From IMG/VR virus record IMGVR_UViG_3300032290_000065, positions 1 to 27,651 of that record: a stretch of 27,651 nucleotides of DNA, one strand, 5' to 3'. Position numbers and translations under genes: made by a program. This document shows positions 1-7,347 of this stretch, piece after piece (within the stretch, counting starts at the first letter, position 1; every line of letters starts with the position of its first letter). The notes under the pieces were generated by a model. It worked only from the letters and a program-made list of their open reading frames with translations, searched no databases and had not been told where the DNA came from. The stretch comes from a virus. Its lineage: Duplodnaviria > Caudoviricetes.

Positions 1-150
1 CAGTTCCCTATGCCCAGATAAAGTACCGTGGTCAGTGATGGCAATTGCTGGCATCCCTAACTCAACTGCACGGTTCACGTATTCTTCTGGAGTAGCAATC
101 CCATCAAATAAACTAAAATGGGTGTGGACATGTAAGCCTACGTAGTTCAT
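1..150 (-). CDS. dnaE: DNA polymerase III alpha subunit, N-terminal PHP domain (partial, runs off the left edge)
   Basis: Not in the ORF track. Manual translation from ATG at 150 gives MNYVGLHVHTHFSLFDGIATPEEYVNRAVELGMPAIAITDHGTLSGHREL, with the DnaE PHP motifs LHxH-x-x-x-S-x-x-DG and A-I-T-D-H-G. Starts 1 nt after the stop of the upstream gene. Confidence 0.95.
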   Translation of the reverse strand, partial: MNYVGLHVHTHFSLFDGIATPEEYVNRAVELGMPAIAITDHGTLSGHREL

Positions 151-151
151 A

Positions 152-808
152 TTACCAATCTGCGTTGGTAGATGAAGTTACAGATGGACCGTCAAAGCCC
201 AAATAGTATGCTTCCTGCTCGGCATAAGGAATCTTCTTAAGTGCTGACTCAAGAGGATAAGGCTCAATTGCCTTCCAATCAAATGGTTCCTTGTCTGGTG
301 CTGATGGAATAAGTGTGTAATTAGTTTCAGTACCCTGACCATTACGCTTTAACTTCCAGATTACGTTTGAGATGCTTCCTGTTTCAAGAGCATACTCACG
401 AATTGTGTTGAATGATGACTGCTTGCTGATACCCATTGACCAGATTGCAACATATGGTGCTTCAATTCCATCGTCAACTAATACGTTGCAATAGAAGCGA
501 AGGCGTCCACGCCAACCTGCTTTTGGATCCTTGCGATGCATTTCTTCTGCCCAGTCACGGCCTTCAGATTCCATTGTGTCTACAGCCTTGCGCTTGTAGT
601 CCTTTGGATTTACGTGTTCCTTAACAACTAGTGCTAGTCCACGACTTTCATTATAGTTTGCTGAGTCTTCATCAAGTTCTTCGATAAATCGAATCTTAAC
701 TGATTGTCCATCAGCGAGTTTTAGCCACTTTAATTTTGGCCCGTCGTTTTCATACTTTGGCTTGTCGAGCAGGGCATTAATGTTCTTGAGTCCCTTTACT
801 ACGCTCAT
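152..808 (-). CDS. Probable single-stranded DNA-binding protein (gp32-like phage SSB)
   Basis: 218 aa; N-terminal LKLADGQSVKIRF, OB-fold-like beta pattern, KLKRNGQGTETNYTLIP motif, short tail ending in DW; lies between primase and dnaE; strong SD (AAAGGAG). Confidence 0.7.
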   Translation of the reverse strand: MSVVKGLKNINALLDKPKYENDGPKLKWLKLADGQSVKIRFIEELDEDSANYNESRGLALVVKEHVNPKDYKRKAVDTMESEGRDWAEEMHRKDPKAGWRGRLRFYCNVLVDDGIEAPYVAIWSMGISKQSSFNTIREYALETGSISNVIWKLKRNGQGTETNYTLIPSAPDKEPFDWKAIEPYPLESALKKIPYAEQEAYYLGFDGPSVTSSTNADW

Positions 809-831
809 ATATTTCTCCTTTGTTTGTTATA

Positions 832-1776
832 TTAGTTTAGCATAAGAGATATTGATTTGTCAAACTGGAACTCTAAATTTTTAAGTTCTTCGTCGGGCAT
901 ATCTCCAATATCCTTATACTGATTGTTTAGTTTAATAACAGAAACACGAGTAGAAAGTTTTTCAACTATCCTATCTTTCATGTTTCCTCCCGCCTCATCG
1001 TTATCAGCAATAACAATAATGTTATTGAAATACTTCTGAAGCAATTCTATTTGTGTACTTGATACGTTTGCACCAAGCGTTGCTACTGCTGGCAGTCCTA
1101 CCTGGTCAAGTCTGATAGCATCAAATGAAGACTCCACTACATATACTCTATCAGACTTCTTAACTCTGTGCAGGTTAAAAAGTGTCTTGCTCTTTGGAAG
1201 TCCTGGGGTATTCTTAAAATCTTTTCCTTCAATAGATCTGCCAACAAAGCCGAGAGGAATGCCATCTGGACTGTGGACTGGAACGGTTACCATATCTTGT
1301 TTTTCTGAATAACCCAATACAAATTTTATGCAAGATGCCTTTTCAATTTTTCTGTATGTAAAATAATTTCTTGCTCTTTCTGAAGCAGCCAACCCATTGT
1401 GCAACCTTTTAATAATAAGTTCATCAAAGGTTTTATAGGTTTCTTCTTTTACAAGAACCTTGTCAATTTCTGTAGTGATATTACTTATTTTTTCTTTGCT
1501 CTTTATAAACCTTGCAGACTCAAAATATGTTCTGCCAGAGGTATGCATAACTAGTTCTATAAGGTCTGCAGATTTTTGGCAAGAAAAACAAAAGAACATT
1601 CCGCTACCTTTTTGTACTTCTCCTGCTGGGGTTCTGTGATTATTGTGAAATGGACAAAAGATCATAAAGTCTGCATCAAGTTCAGACTCTACGGTAATAC
1701 CCGATCCTGTAAGGACTCGCTTGACTTGCTCTGCGGAATAAAGATGGGTTTGGTTCCGTCTATTCCTGCTATCCAT
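832..1776 (-). CDS. dnaG: DNA primase (CHC2 zinc finger + TOPRIM)
   Basis: CPFH...CFSC zinc finger; GFVGR and KTLFNL catalytic-core motifs; TOPRIM VVESSFDA, ATLGA and DND; no C-terminal helicase-binding domain. Confidence 0.92.
   Translation of the reverse strand: MDSRNRRNQTHLYSAEQVKRVLTGSGITVESELDADFMIFCPFHNNHRTPAGEVQKGSGMFFCFSCQKSADLIELVMHTSGRTYFESARFIKSKEKISNITTEIDKVLVKEETYKTFDELIIKRLHNGLAASERARNYFTYRKIEKASCIKFVLGYSEKQDMVTVPVHSPDGIPLGFVGRSIEGKDFKNTPGLPKSKTLFNLHRVKKSDRVYVVESSFDAIRLDQVGLPAVATLGANVSSTQIELLQKYFNNIIVIADNDEAGGNMKDRIVEKLSTRVSVIKLNNQYKDIGDMPDEELKNLEFQFDKSISLMLN
834..863 (-). promoter_or_regulatory. Sigma70/SigA-type promoter for the SSB-dnaE unit, inside the primase 3' end
   Basis: Minus strand TTGACA (863-858), 18-nt spacer ending TGC, TAAACT (839-834); about 25 nt upstream of the SSB ATG with an AAGGAG SD in between. 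Confidence 0.75.
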
Positions 1777-2045
1777 TCGCTTTTCCTTTTCCCTGCGTAG
1801 ACTGCCTGTATTGATAATTCAAATTCAAAAAAGTTCTTTATATCATTATACCCTATTGTGAAGTCTGGGTCAAGATCAATTCTTGGCACATAACCACTTA
1901 GTTTCATTTCTGAAGTCAATAATCGTATATACTCTTCTTTGAGCCTTCCGATCATAGAGTCATCGTGAATTATTCCATCAAGGTAAAACCTTTTGATAGG
2001 CTTATGATGGTATGATTCATACGGTATATCATTCTTTTTTGACAT
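1689..2045 (-). CDS. Hypothetical protein between helicase and primase
   Basis: 118-aa ORF filling the gap; TATAAT 5 nt before the ATG and no SD; overlaps the primase start by 88 nt. Confidence 0.75.
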   Translation of the reverse strand: MSKKNDIPYESYHHKPIKRFYLDGIIHDDSMIGRLKEEYIRLLTSEMKLSGYVPRIDLDPDFTIGYNDIKNFFEFELSIQAVYAGKRKSEWIAGIDGTKPIFIPQSKSSESLQDRVLP

Positions 2046-2050
2046 ACCAT

Positions 2051-2059
2051 ATTATAACT
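2051..2059 (-). promoter_or_regulatory. Possible -10 element for a leaderless transcript
   Basis: Minus strand AGTTATAAT-ATGGT-ATG; no SD, no TG extension and no clear -35. Confidence 0.45.
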
Positions 2060-3278
2060 ACTTATCTTCAAAGTCTTTATATCTATAATATCCCTTGTCA
2101 AAGTCACACTGGACTAGAAAATCTCCCATAAATCCATTACGGTTTTTACGGAATGCACATTCAATGATATCACTGTTTGTTCCACGGCCCAATGCAAGCA
2201 CCCAATCAGCATCATAAGCAATCTGTCTAGACCATGCCGTTTGACCCAGCGTAGGGACCGTAGAGAGGTCATTAACATCATCTGGTGTAGCAGACGAGAT
2301 AGCAATAATAGGAACTTCTTCACCGATAGCCATTAGTTTAAGTTCTCTTGAAAGGTTCTTCATTCGTACCGTTTCGTTATCTGACTTCTGATTAGGAGCC
2401 ATCAACTGAAGGTAGTCAACGATTACAAAGTCTGGCTTGTACTGGTCAATCTTTCCACGAACAACTGAAGGGTTAATCTCTCCACCGCTATCATTTGAAA
2501 TGATATGAAACTCTGGCTTGCCTGCAAGATTCTTTGCATGCCAATCCTTTAACATATCAATTTCAATCTCGCCATTGCTGATCTTTCTGTGTGACCAACG
2601 ACCCTCACCCATAATAGTAAATACACGATTACGAACTTCGGTCTCAGACATTTCAAGAGAGATTACCATTGGGGACTTACCCTGCTTCCATGCTTGAACA
2701 GCAAAGTAAAGTGCAAGCCACGACTTTCCAATTCCTGGATAAGCAAGGAATACTCCGAGTTGACCTGGCATAATTCCAGCAGGTAAATAATTGTCAAACC
2801 CTGGAAGACCTGTCTTAATTCCAGACAAACCTAGTGCCTGCTGCTTTTTAACATTTTCAAAGTAAGCAATAGCAGACTCAAGATCAGTAACATCAATATC
2901 ACGAATTGCAGCAGTATTCTTTTTTAGTTCTGAAGTCTTTGTAATTAATTCATTAAGGGCACCATTCCCATTATTATTTTGGATTTCAGATGCTGCGGAT
3001 CTAATTATATCCTTTAGGCTATCTGTTAGGTACTCGCCCTGCAACTCTTCAAGATGATGCTTTGTTGCGCCCACACCTGACACTGGATCAAAGTCTCTAA
3101 ACTTTTCAGTAACCAACTCTACTGGTGGTAGGACTGAATTATTTTCAAAATATAGTCTAACGAAATTCCAGATATCTCCGTGTGTTCTAAGAAGGTTGTC
3201 GACATTGGCTTGGAGCAGAACATGGATTTGTTTATCTTTTAAAACAGCCGTAAGTAGTTTTGCCTCTGTGTTATTCAC
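2058..3278 (-). CDS. dnaB: Replicative DnaB-like (SF4) helicase
   Basis: Walker A AYPGIGKS, SLEM, Walker B VIVDYLQLM, SRELK, YDAD and KNRNG motifs; 406 aa; no intein. Confidence 0.95.
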   Translation of the reverse strand: MNNTEAKLLTAVLKDKQIHVLLQANVDNLLRTHGDIWNFVRLYFENNSVLPPVELVTEKFRDFDPVSGVGATKHHLEELQGEYLTDSLKDIIRSAASEIQNNNGNGALNELITKTSELKKNTAAIRDIDVTDLESAIAYFENVKKQQALGLSGIKTGLPGFDNYLPAGIMPGQLGVFLAYPGIGKSWLALYFAVQAWKQGKSPMVISLEMSETEVRNRVFTIMGEGRWSHRKISNGEIEIDMLKDWHAKNLAGKPEFHIISNDSGGEINPSVVRGKIDQYKPDFVIVDYLQLMAPNQKSDNETVRMKNLSRELKLMAIGEEVPIIAISSATPDDVNDLSTVPTLGQTAWSRQIAYDADWVLALGRGTNSDIIECAFRKNRNGFMGDFLVQCDFDKGYYRYKDFEDK

Positions 3279-3579
3279 TTAACCACTCCTTTGCTAATCG
3301 TCTGCGCTCATTGCGCTCTGCTATATCTTTAACTTTATCTTTTTGTGCCTGTAATATTTTTTCTGCATTGTATGCAAAGTGATTCCAAGATGGATTCTCT
3401 GCAACCGAAAAGTAATACTCAAGTATATCGTAGCATCCTGGCAGTGTGTATGATTCTACAAGGGCATCAGAAGCCCACTGCTCTACATTTAGATTAAGAG
3501 ATGGCTTTGATTCGTACCTTGCGGTATGATACTTACTGTATCTTGAAAGCAAAGCCATACGGTCTTTGCGTTCGGCCAT
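3271..3579 (-). CDS. Hypothetical protein, possibly a helicase loader or accessory
   Basis: 102 aa, overlaps both neighbours (translational coupling); function suggested by position only. Confidence 0.7.
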   Translation of the reverse strand: MAERKDRMALLSRYSKYHTARYESKPSLNLNVEQWASDALVESYTLPGCYDILEYYFSVAENPSWNHFAYNAEKILQAQKDKVKDIAERNERRRLAKEWLSE

Positions 3580-3809
3580 TATGCTTCGGCAGCCTCTTCT
3601 TGTGCTTCCTTGATTTTGTCTGTAAGTTTATCTTCAACAAACTTGTATACACGCTCAAAAGACTGATCAACAGTCTCTCCATTGCGTGAACTATCAACTA
3701 CGCCAAGATCTAGCCTTAGTGATTGAAAGTTTCCCAGATTAAGTGTGTAACCTAGTGTTACGGATACTTTGGTTGGTTCATTTGTTACTACATAATTGCT
3801 GTCTGACAT
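3579..3809 (-). CDS. Small acidic hypothetical protein (start revised to MSDSNY, 76 aa)
   Basis: The ATG at 3809 has a GAAGGG SD and removes the overlap with the upstream gene; TAATG junction to the next gene. Confidence 0.75.
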   Translation of the reverse strand: MSDSNYVVTNEPTKVSVTLGYTLNLGNFQSLRLDLGVVDSSRNGETVDQSFERVYKFVEDKLTDKIKEAQEEAAEA

Positions 3810-3822
3810 TTTATACCCTTCG

Positions 3823-4365
3823 CTAAATAGATTCATTCCAAATTGGAACAAACCGACCATCTTCTGTTTTCCTATAAGTAAGTATACCATCGCCCATTCT
3901 GCGTGTCAACTCTTGCTTGCTGGGCGTAATATCGTTTGTTATTAATTTGTCTTTTCTTGGTCTACCAATATGGTATGAAGCAAGTATATCACGTATTGCT
4001 CTTACCTGCGATTCTGAATAATATGATCTTACTTGGAATCCTCTAGCCCCACCTTTTTGAGATCCCGTTGGAAATGGGATGACTCCTCGTTTCATTAGTG
4101 ATGGCATATATTTTTTATGACGATTAACTAAATCAGCAGCCTGCCCAACTGTGTATGCTCTCTCTCTTTTATTTTTAAAATCACTAATAAGACAACTTTC
4201 AATTTGATCTTTTGTAATATTATAAACAGACATTATTCCATTGGAATGATTGTAATGATGTATCCTAACAAGGTCTCCGTTAAGAAACCAAACCTTTTTG
4301 TTACCTGGTATTACAGGTGACTCATTGTATTTTTCGCTCTCAATAGTTCCCTTTTTAGTAACCAT
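3823..4365 (-). CDS. MerR-like helix-turn-helix DNA-binding protein
   Basis: YTVGQAADLVNRH...KRGVIPFP...RSYYSESQVRAIRD fits the MerR/excisionase winged-HTH pattern; GGAGG SD. Confidence 0.75.
   Translation of the reverse strand: MVTKKGTIESEKYNESPVIPGNKKVWFLNGDLVRIHHYNHSNGIMSVYNITKDQIESCLISDFKNKRERAYTVGQAADLVNRHKKYMPSLMKRGVIPFPTGSQKGGARGFQVRSYYSESQVRAIRDILASYHIGRPRKDKLITNDITPSKQELTRRMGDGILTYRKTEDGRFVPIWNESI
3881..3909 (-). promoter_or_regulatory. Near-consensus sigma70/SigA promoter for the helicase operon, inside the HTH gene
   Basis: Minus strand TTGACA (3909-3904), 17-nt spacer ending TGG, TATACT (3886-3881); about 70 nt upstream of the 3809 start. Confidence 0.78.
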
Positions 4366-4502
4366 TGTCCCTCCAAAGTGTGGCTAGGCGGATGGAAAAA
4401 AAATCTTGTCCCGCATTTCATGCAATATACCTCTAAATGATTGATCTCTGTATATTGTCTATCTACAAACATTCTTCCCTTGCATTTCTTGCAAGACATC
4501 AT
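4311..4502 (-). CDS. Small C4 zinc-ribbon protein
   Basis: CKKC...CMKC in 63 aa; TAATG-coupled to the upstream gene. Confidence 0.75.
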   Translation of the reverse strand: MMSCKKCKGRMFVDRQYTEINHLEVYCMKCGTRFFFHPPSHTLEGQWLLKRELLRAKNTMSHL

Positions 4503-4948
4503 TAGTTTGGTATTCCAACAATTATAAGATTAATTCCAATGGTTGTGTCTCCACCAACATTAAATTTAACAGTGCCATCTAATCTGGAAGTTGATATACT
4601 AGTAATAGTTACAGAAACATCTTTTCCAGCATCAGTATTTCCTACGTTAATTGGAGTTGCTGTAACAACTGGTGCAAACTTAAAGTCTGTTCCAAATTCA
4701 TAAAAGAAAGGCTCAGTAGAACCTGCAGTCTTTGTTGTGCTTGTTGTTACCTGCTTGTATCCACCAATTATTCTGGCTTCTGATATCTTTACACTTTCTG
4801 GTTGTGTTTTATTTGGGACATCTATAGATACATATTTGCCTGTTGAGGTAGAGACCTGAGAAGATAAATCATTAATAGCCTTAACAATCTGATATATATA
4901 TGTTACGTCTAGAGGTTGTCCACGCTCTGGTACTGGTAATATTGCCAT
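4502..4948 (-). CDS. Probable minor tail or fibre protein with an H-type-lectin-like C-terminal domain (start revised to MAILPVPERG)
   Basis: C-terminal FGTDFKFAPVVTAT...VSVTITSISTS pattern resembles H-lectin-like tips of phage fibres; short N-terminal helix; the ATG at 4948 is 6 nt after TGGTATAAT. Confidence 0.55.
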   Translation of the reverse strand: MAILPVPERGQPLDVTYIYQIVKAINDLSSQVSTSTGKYVSIDVPNKTQPESVKISEARIIGGYKQVTTSTTKTAGSTEPFFYEFGTDFKFAPVVTATPINVGNTDAGKDVSVTITSISTSRLDGTVKFNVGGDTTIGINLIIVGIPN

Positions 4949-4952
4949 AATA

Positions 4953-4963
4953 CAATTATACCA
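4953..4963 (-). promoter_or_regulatory. Extended -10 promoter, leaderless
   Basis: TGGTATAAT-TGTATT-ATG; overlaps the stop codon of the upstream gene; no SD and no -35. Confidence 0.65.
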
Positions 4964-5408
4964 GACGCAGACCTGTGATTGCGGATCTGACTCCAGAATC
5001 AAAGATTTTAATAGATGTGCTGACTACTGGTTTTATTGCTGCCAATTGAACTAAAACTTTTACTGTTTCAGGGGTTCCAGTTTTTAAAAATGAAAAACTA
5101 GTTCCAGTTGTAGTCCCAACATGAACTGGGTTTGCTGTTCCATATTGAGCAAAAACATCATACTTAATCTGCTCTGAAGGGTTAGCCCCATTAGACCAAT
5201 TTACTAAAATTGTATTTCCAACTACAGATATGTCTCCTGGCAAAACCTGGACTAACTCTCCATTTACCATAAATATTTGTGACCAGGCGGACTTTCTATT
5301 CTTGTCCTCTGCAACTATTCTAAATCTTATAACTCTTCCATTTTCTGAAGAGACCTTTCCTAAAGATTCTTTTTTAACTACAACATTCTTAATTCCTTCA
5401 TCTGCCAC
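4956..5408 (-). CDS. Probable minor tail protein, beta-rich (FN3/Ig-like)
   Basis: 150 aa, GTG start overlapping the upstream stop; VNWS...YDVF pattern resembles FN3 strands; position in the tail module. Confidence 0.55.
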   Translation of the reverse strand: MADEGIKNVVVKKESLGKVSSENGRVIRFRIVAEDKNRKSAWSQIFMVNGELVQVLPGDISVVGNTILVNWSNGANPSEQIKYDVFAQYGTANPVHVGTTTGTSFSFLKTGTPETVKVLVQLAAIKPVVSTSIKIFDSGVRSAITGLRLV

Positions 5409-6787
5409 TATAACACATCCAAACCAAATCTAAACTCAATGTAGTTTGTTGTGTTTGCAGATTTAATAATTGGTTTTGCTTCTGGGGTTTTCATAACTGT
5501 GTATCCAGTTAAACCGTAAATAGAGTTTGTCGATGTAACATTTTCAAGTCTAAAACCATCTAGGCAAACATAGAAGTCTTCTGTTGGTTCTGCGCTTCCG
5601 CTTTTTATTACAGAAGCATATATTCTTACAGTATTTATTTCTGCCCACGAGAAGTCTGGACTTTTTTGTAATTCTTGAATTTGTTTCTTTATAACAAAAT
5701 ACCTATTGGTTGAAAAATTATTGTCTGTGCTATTAACAACTGCCTCAAAGATTGCCCACTTACCACTTTTAAAAGTTCCAGTAGATGAGAATTCAACAAT
5801 AATCCTAACCGATTCTGGCTGCAAGACTACGCTAGTTCCAACCTTACCAATTTTATTTACAACAGAAAATGCAAGCCTTAACTCATCTGTAGGAGAGTTT
5901 TTGTCAAGATCAATTTTTATACCACTCAACTGTATAAAGTTTGATGGTGTATTTGGGCTTAAGTCTATTACATCTAGACGTCCACTAGTACCTACAGATA
6001 TTTTAGAATTGTTTCCAGATATTGCAATTATCCTATTTGAAAATCTGCATCTCTCATATCTGTCAACTCTATCTGAGTTGGTAAAAATTTTGTTATCTGC
6101 ATTTGTTTTAAAGACTGGGTAAACTTGACTAATAGTGTTTGTATCAACATCGTTAATTAAGTATCCTGCTGAAATAAAAGTTGCCACAATCGCAGTTGAA
6201 GAAACAATGGTAAAAGTTGTTGAAGTTGGAACGGTTGCAATCTTTACCTTTGATAAGTTAAATGCTACTGGAGATACTCCATAAATAGATATTTCAGTTC
6301 CTACAGGAAGACCGTGTGAGGCATCTGTTGTGTATGTTATGGTAGTTCCAGAGGCTGATGCATTAGTTATGTTGATAACACGATCATCCAATGGTTCATC
6401 GATTGCTGGTATCTTGCTTCCTTGAGAAGAATACTTCCAGTTTTCTTCATCAGAAAAAGAATATATGTGCTTGCTGTCTGTAGGTCCTGCACTAGGGTTT
6501 GATCCACCAGAGAATAAACCAACCTCAGTTATTTCATATCTGTCTTGTGTTGGAAGTTCTGCTGTTAGTACAATCTTTGAAACACCAGACTCATCTACAA
6601 AGCCTCTTGAAATAATTGGAACACGAAACATCTCAAAATCAAGTGACTGCTTGTTTGAATAGTCAACTGATGCGGCATCGGCAAGTAGGGGCTTTGTGCC
6701 ACAACCTACTGCAATATGAGAGGCGTATGCTGGTACCTGCCCCACAAGGTACTTGGCAAGAATGTTTTTACCTGTATTAGTTATCAT
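5408..6787 (-). CDS. Minor tail / tail-tip protein with an inserted FCCH-like beta domain
   Basis: N-terminus MITNTGK...IAVGCG resembles tail-fibre attachment domains; internal ITNASASGTTITYTT...HGLPVGTEISIYGV...TFTI module. Confidence 0.65.
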   Translation of the reverse strand: MITNTGKNILAKYLVGQVPAYASHIAVGCGTKPLLADAASVDYSNKQSLDFEMFRVPIISRGFVDESGVSKIVLTAELPTQDRYEITEVGLFSGGSNPSAGPTDSKHIYSFSDEENWKYSSQGSKIPAIDEPLDDRVINITNASASGTTITYTTDASHGLPVGTEISIYGVSPVAFNLSKVKIATVPTSTTFTIVSSTAIVATFISAGYLINDVDTNTISQVYPVFKTNADNKIFTNSDRVDRYERCRFSNRIIAISGNNSKISVGTSGRLDVIDLSPNTPSNFIQLSGIKIDLDKNSPTDELRLAFSVVNKIGKVGTSVVLQPESVRIIVEFSSTGTFKSGKWAIFEAVVNSTDNNFSTNRYFVIKKQIQELQKSPDFSWAEINTVRIYASVIKSGSAEPTEDFYVCLDGFRLENVTSTNSIYGLTGYTVMKTPEAKPIIKSANTTNYIEFRFGLDVL

Positions 6788-7347
6788 TAATTTCCTCCAG
6801 TATACATTGTATCACCAAAAGTATTTCCACTTGTTAGTATTTGCACTTCGGCTTGTTCGCCTTCTTTTACATTAATAAGATTTATTATTAGGTCCCCGCT
6901 AATTGGGTCAACATAGATTGACTTACAGTTTGGAACTTTTGTCCATTTAGTCTTGTCTGGATTTACAACTCCTGGAGATATCTCTACTGGAATTATGTCA
7001 TATCCATTTCCACACACTGGAAGACGATCTAGAATTGAAATAGATAAAGATTTAAAGAATGAGTCTGATGACTGTAACCTTAAAATATTGTTTGGGTTAT
7101 ACTGCAGGTATAGTTCTGTTAGATTTTTTATAGGGTTATAGATTACCTTTTGTCCATTTACTAAGTCGTGCCTGGATATTGTTGCAAGTTCTTGACCACC
7201 GATGTCTTCAAATATAAGGTCAGTCATTATTTGCGAAGAAATTGGCTCAAATGATTTCAAGATTAAATCTGGAGTTGCAATTTTTACGGCATTGCTAGTC
7301 GATGACTGGGTTGGATCTGGAAGGTTTGCAACCGCACTTGTTGTCAT
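6787..7347 (-). CDS. Probable minor tail protein
   Basis: 186 aa; TAATG-coupled on both sides within the tail gene run. Confidence 0.6.
   Translation of the reverse strand: MTTSAVANLPDPTQSSTSNAVKIATPDLILKSFEPISSQIMTDLIFEDIGGQELATISRHDLVNGQKVIYNPIKNLTELYLQYNPNNILRLQSSDSFFKSLSISILDRLPVCGNGYDIIPVEISPGVVNPDKTKWTKVPNCKSIYVDPISGDLIINLINVKEGEQAEVQILTSGNTFGDTMYTGGN

Noticed and set aside
3981-3991. Additional TGATATACTTG match to the late promoter motif inside the HTH gene (similar partial matches near 7410, 11665 and 26885)
   Set aside because: Intragenic, not positioned at a start codon, and expected by chance in AT-rich DNA.
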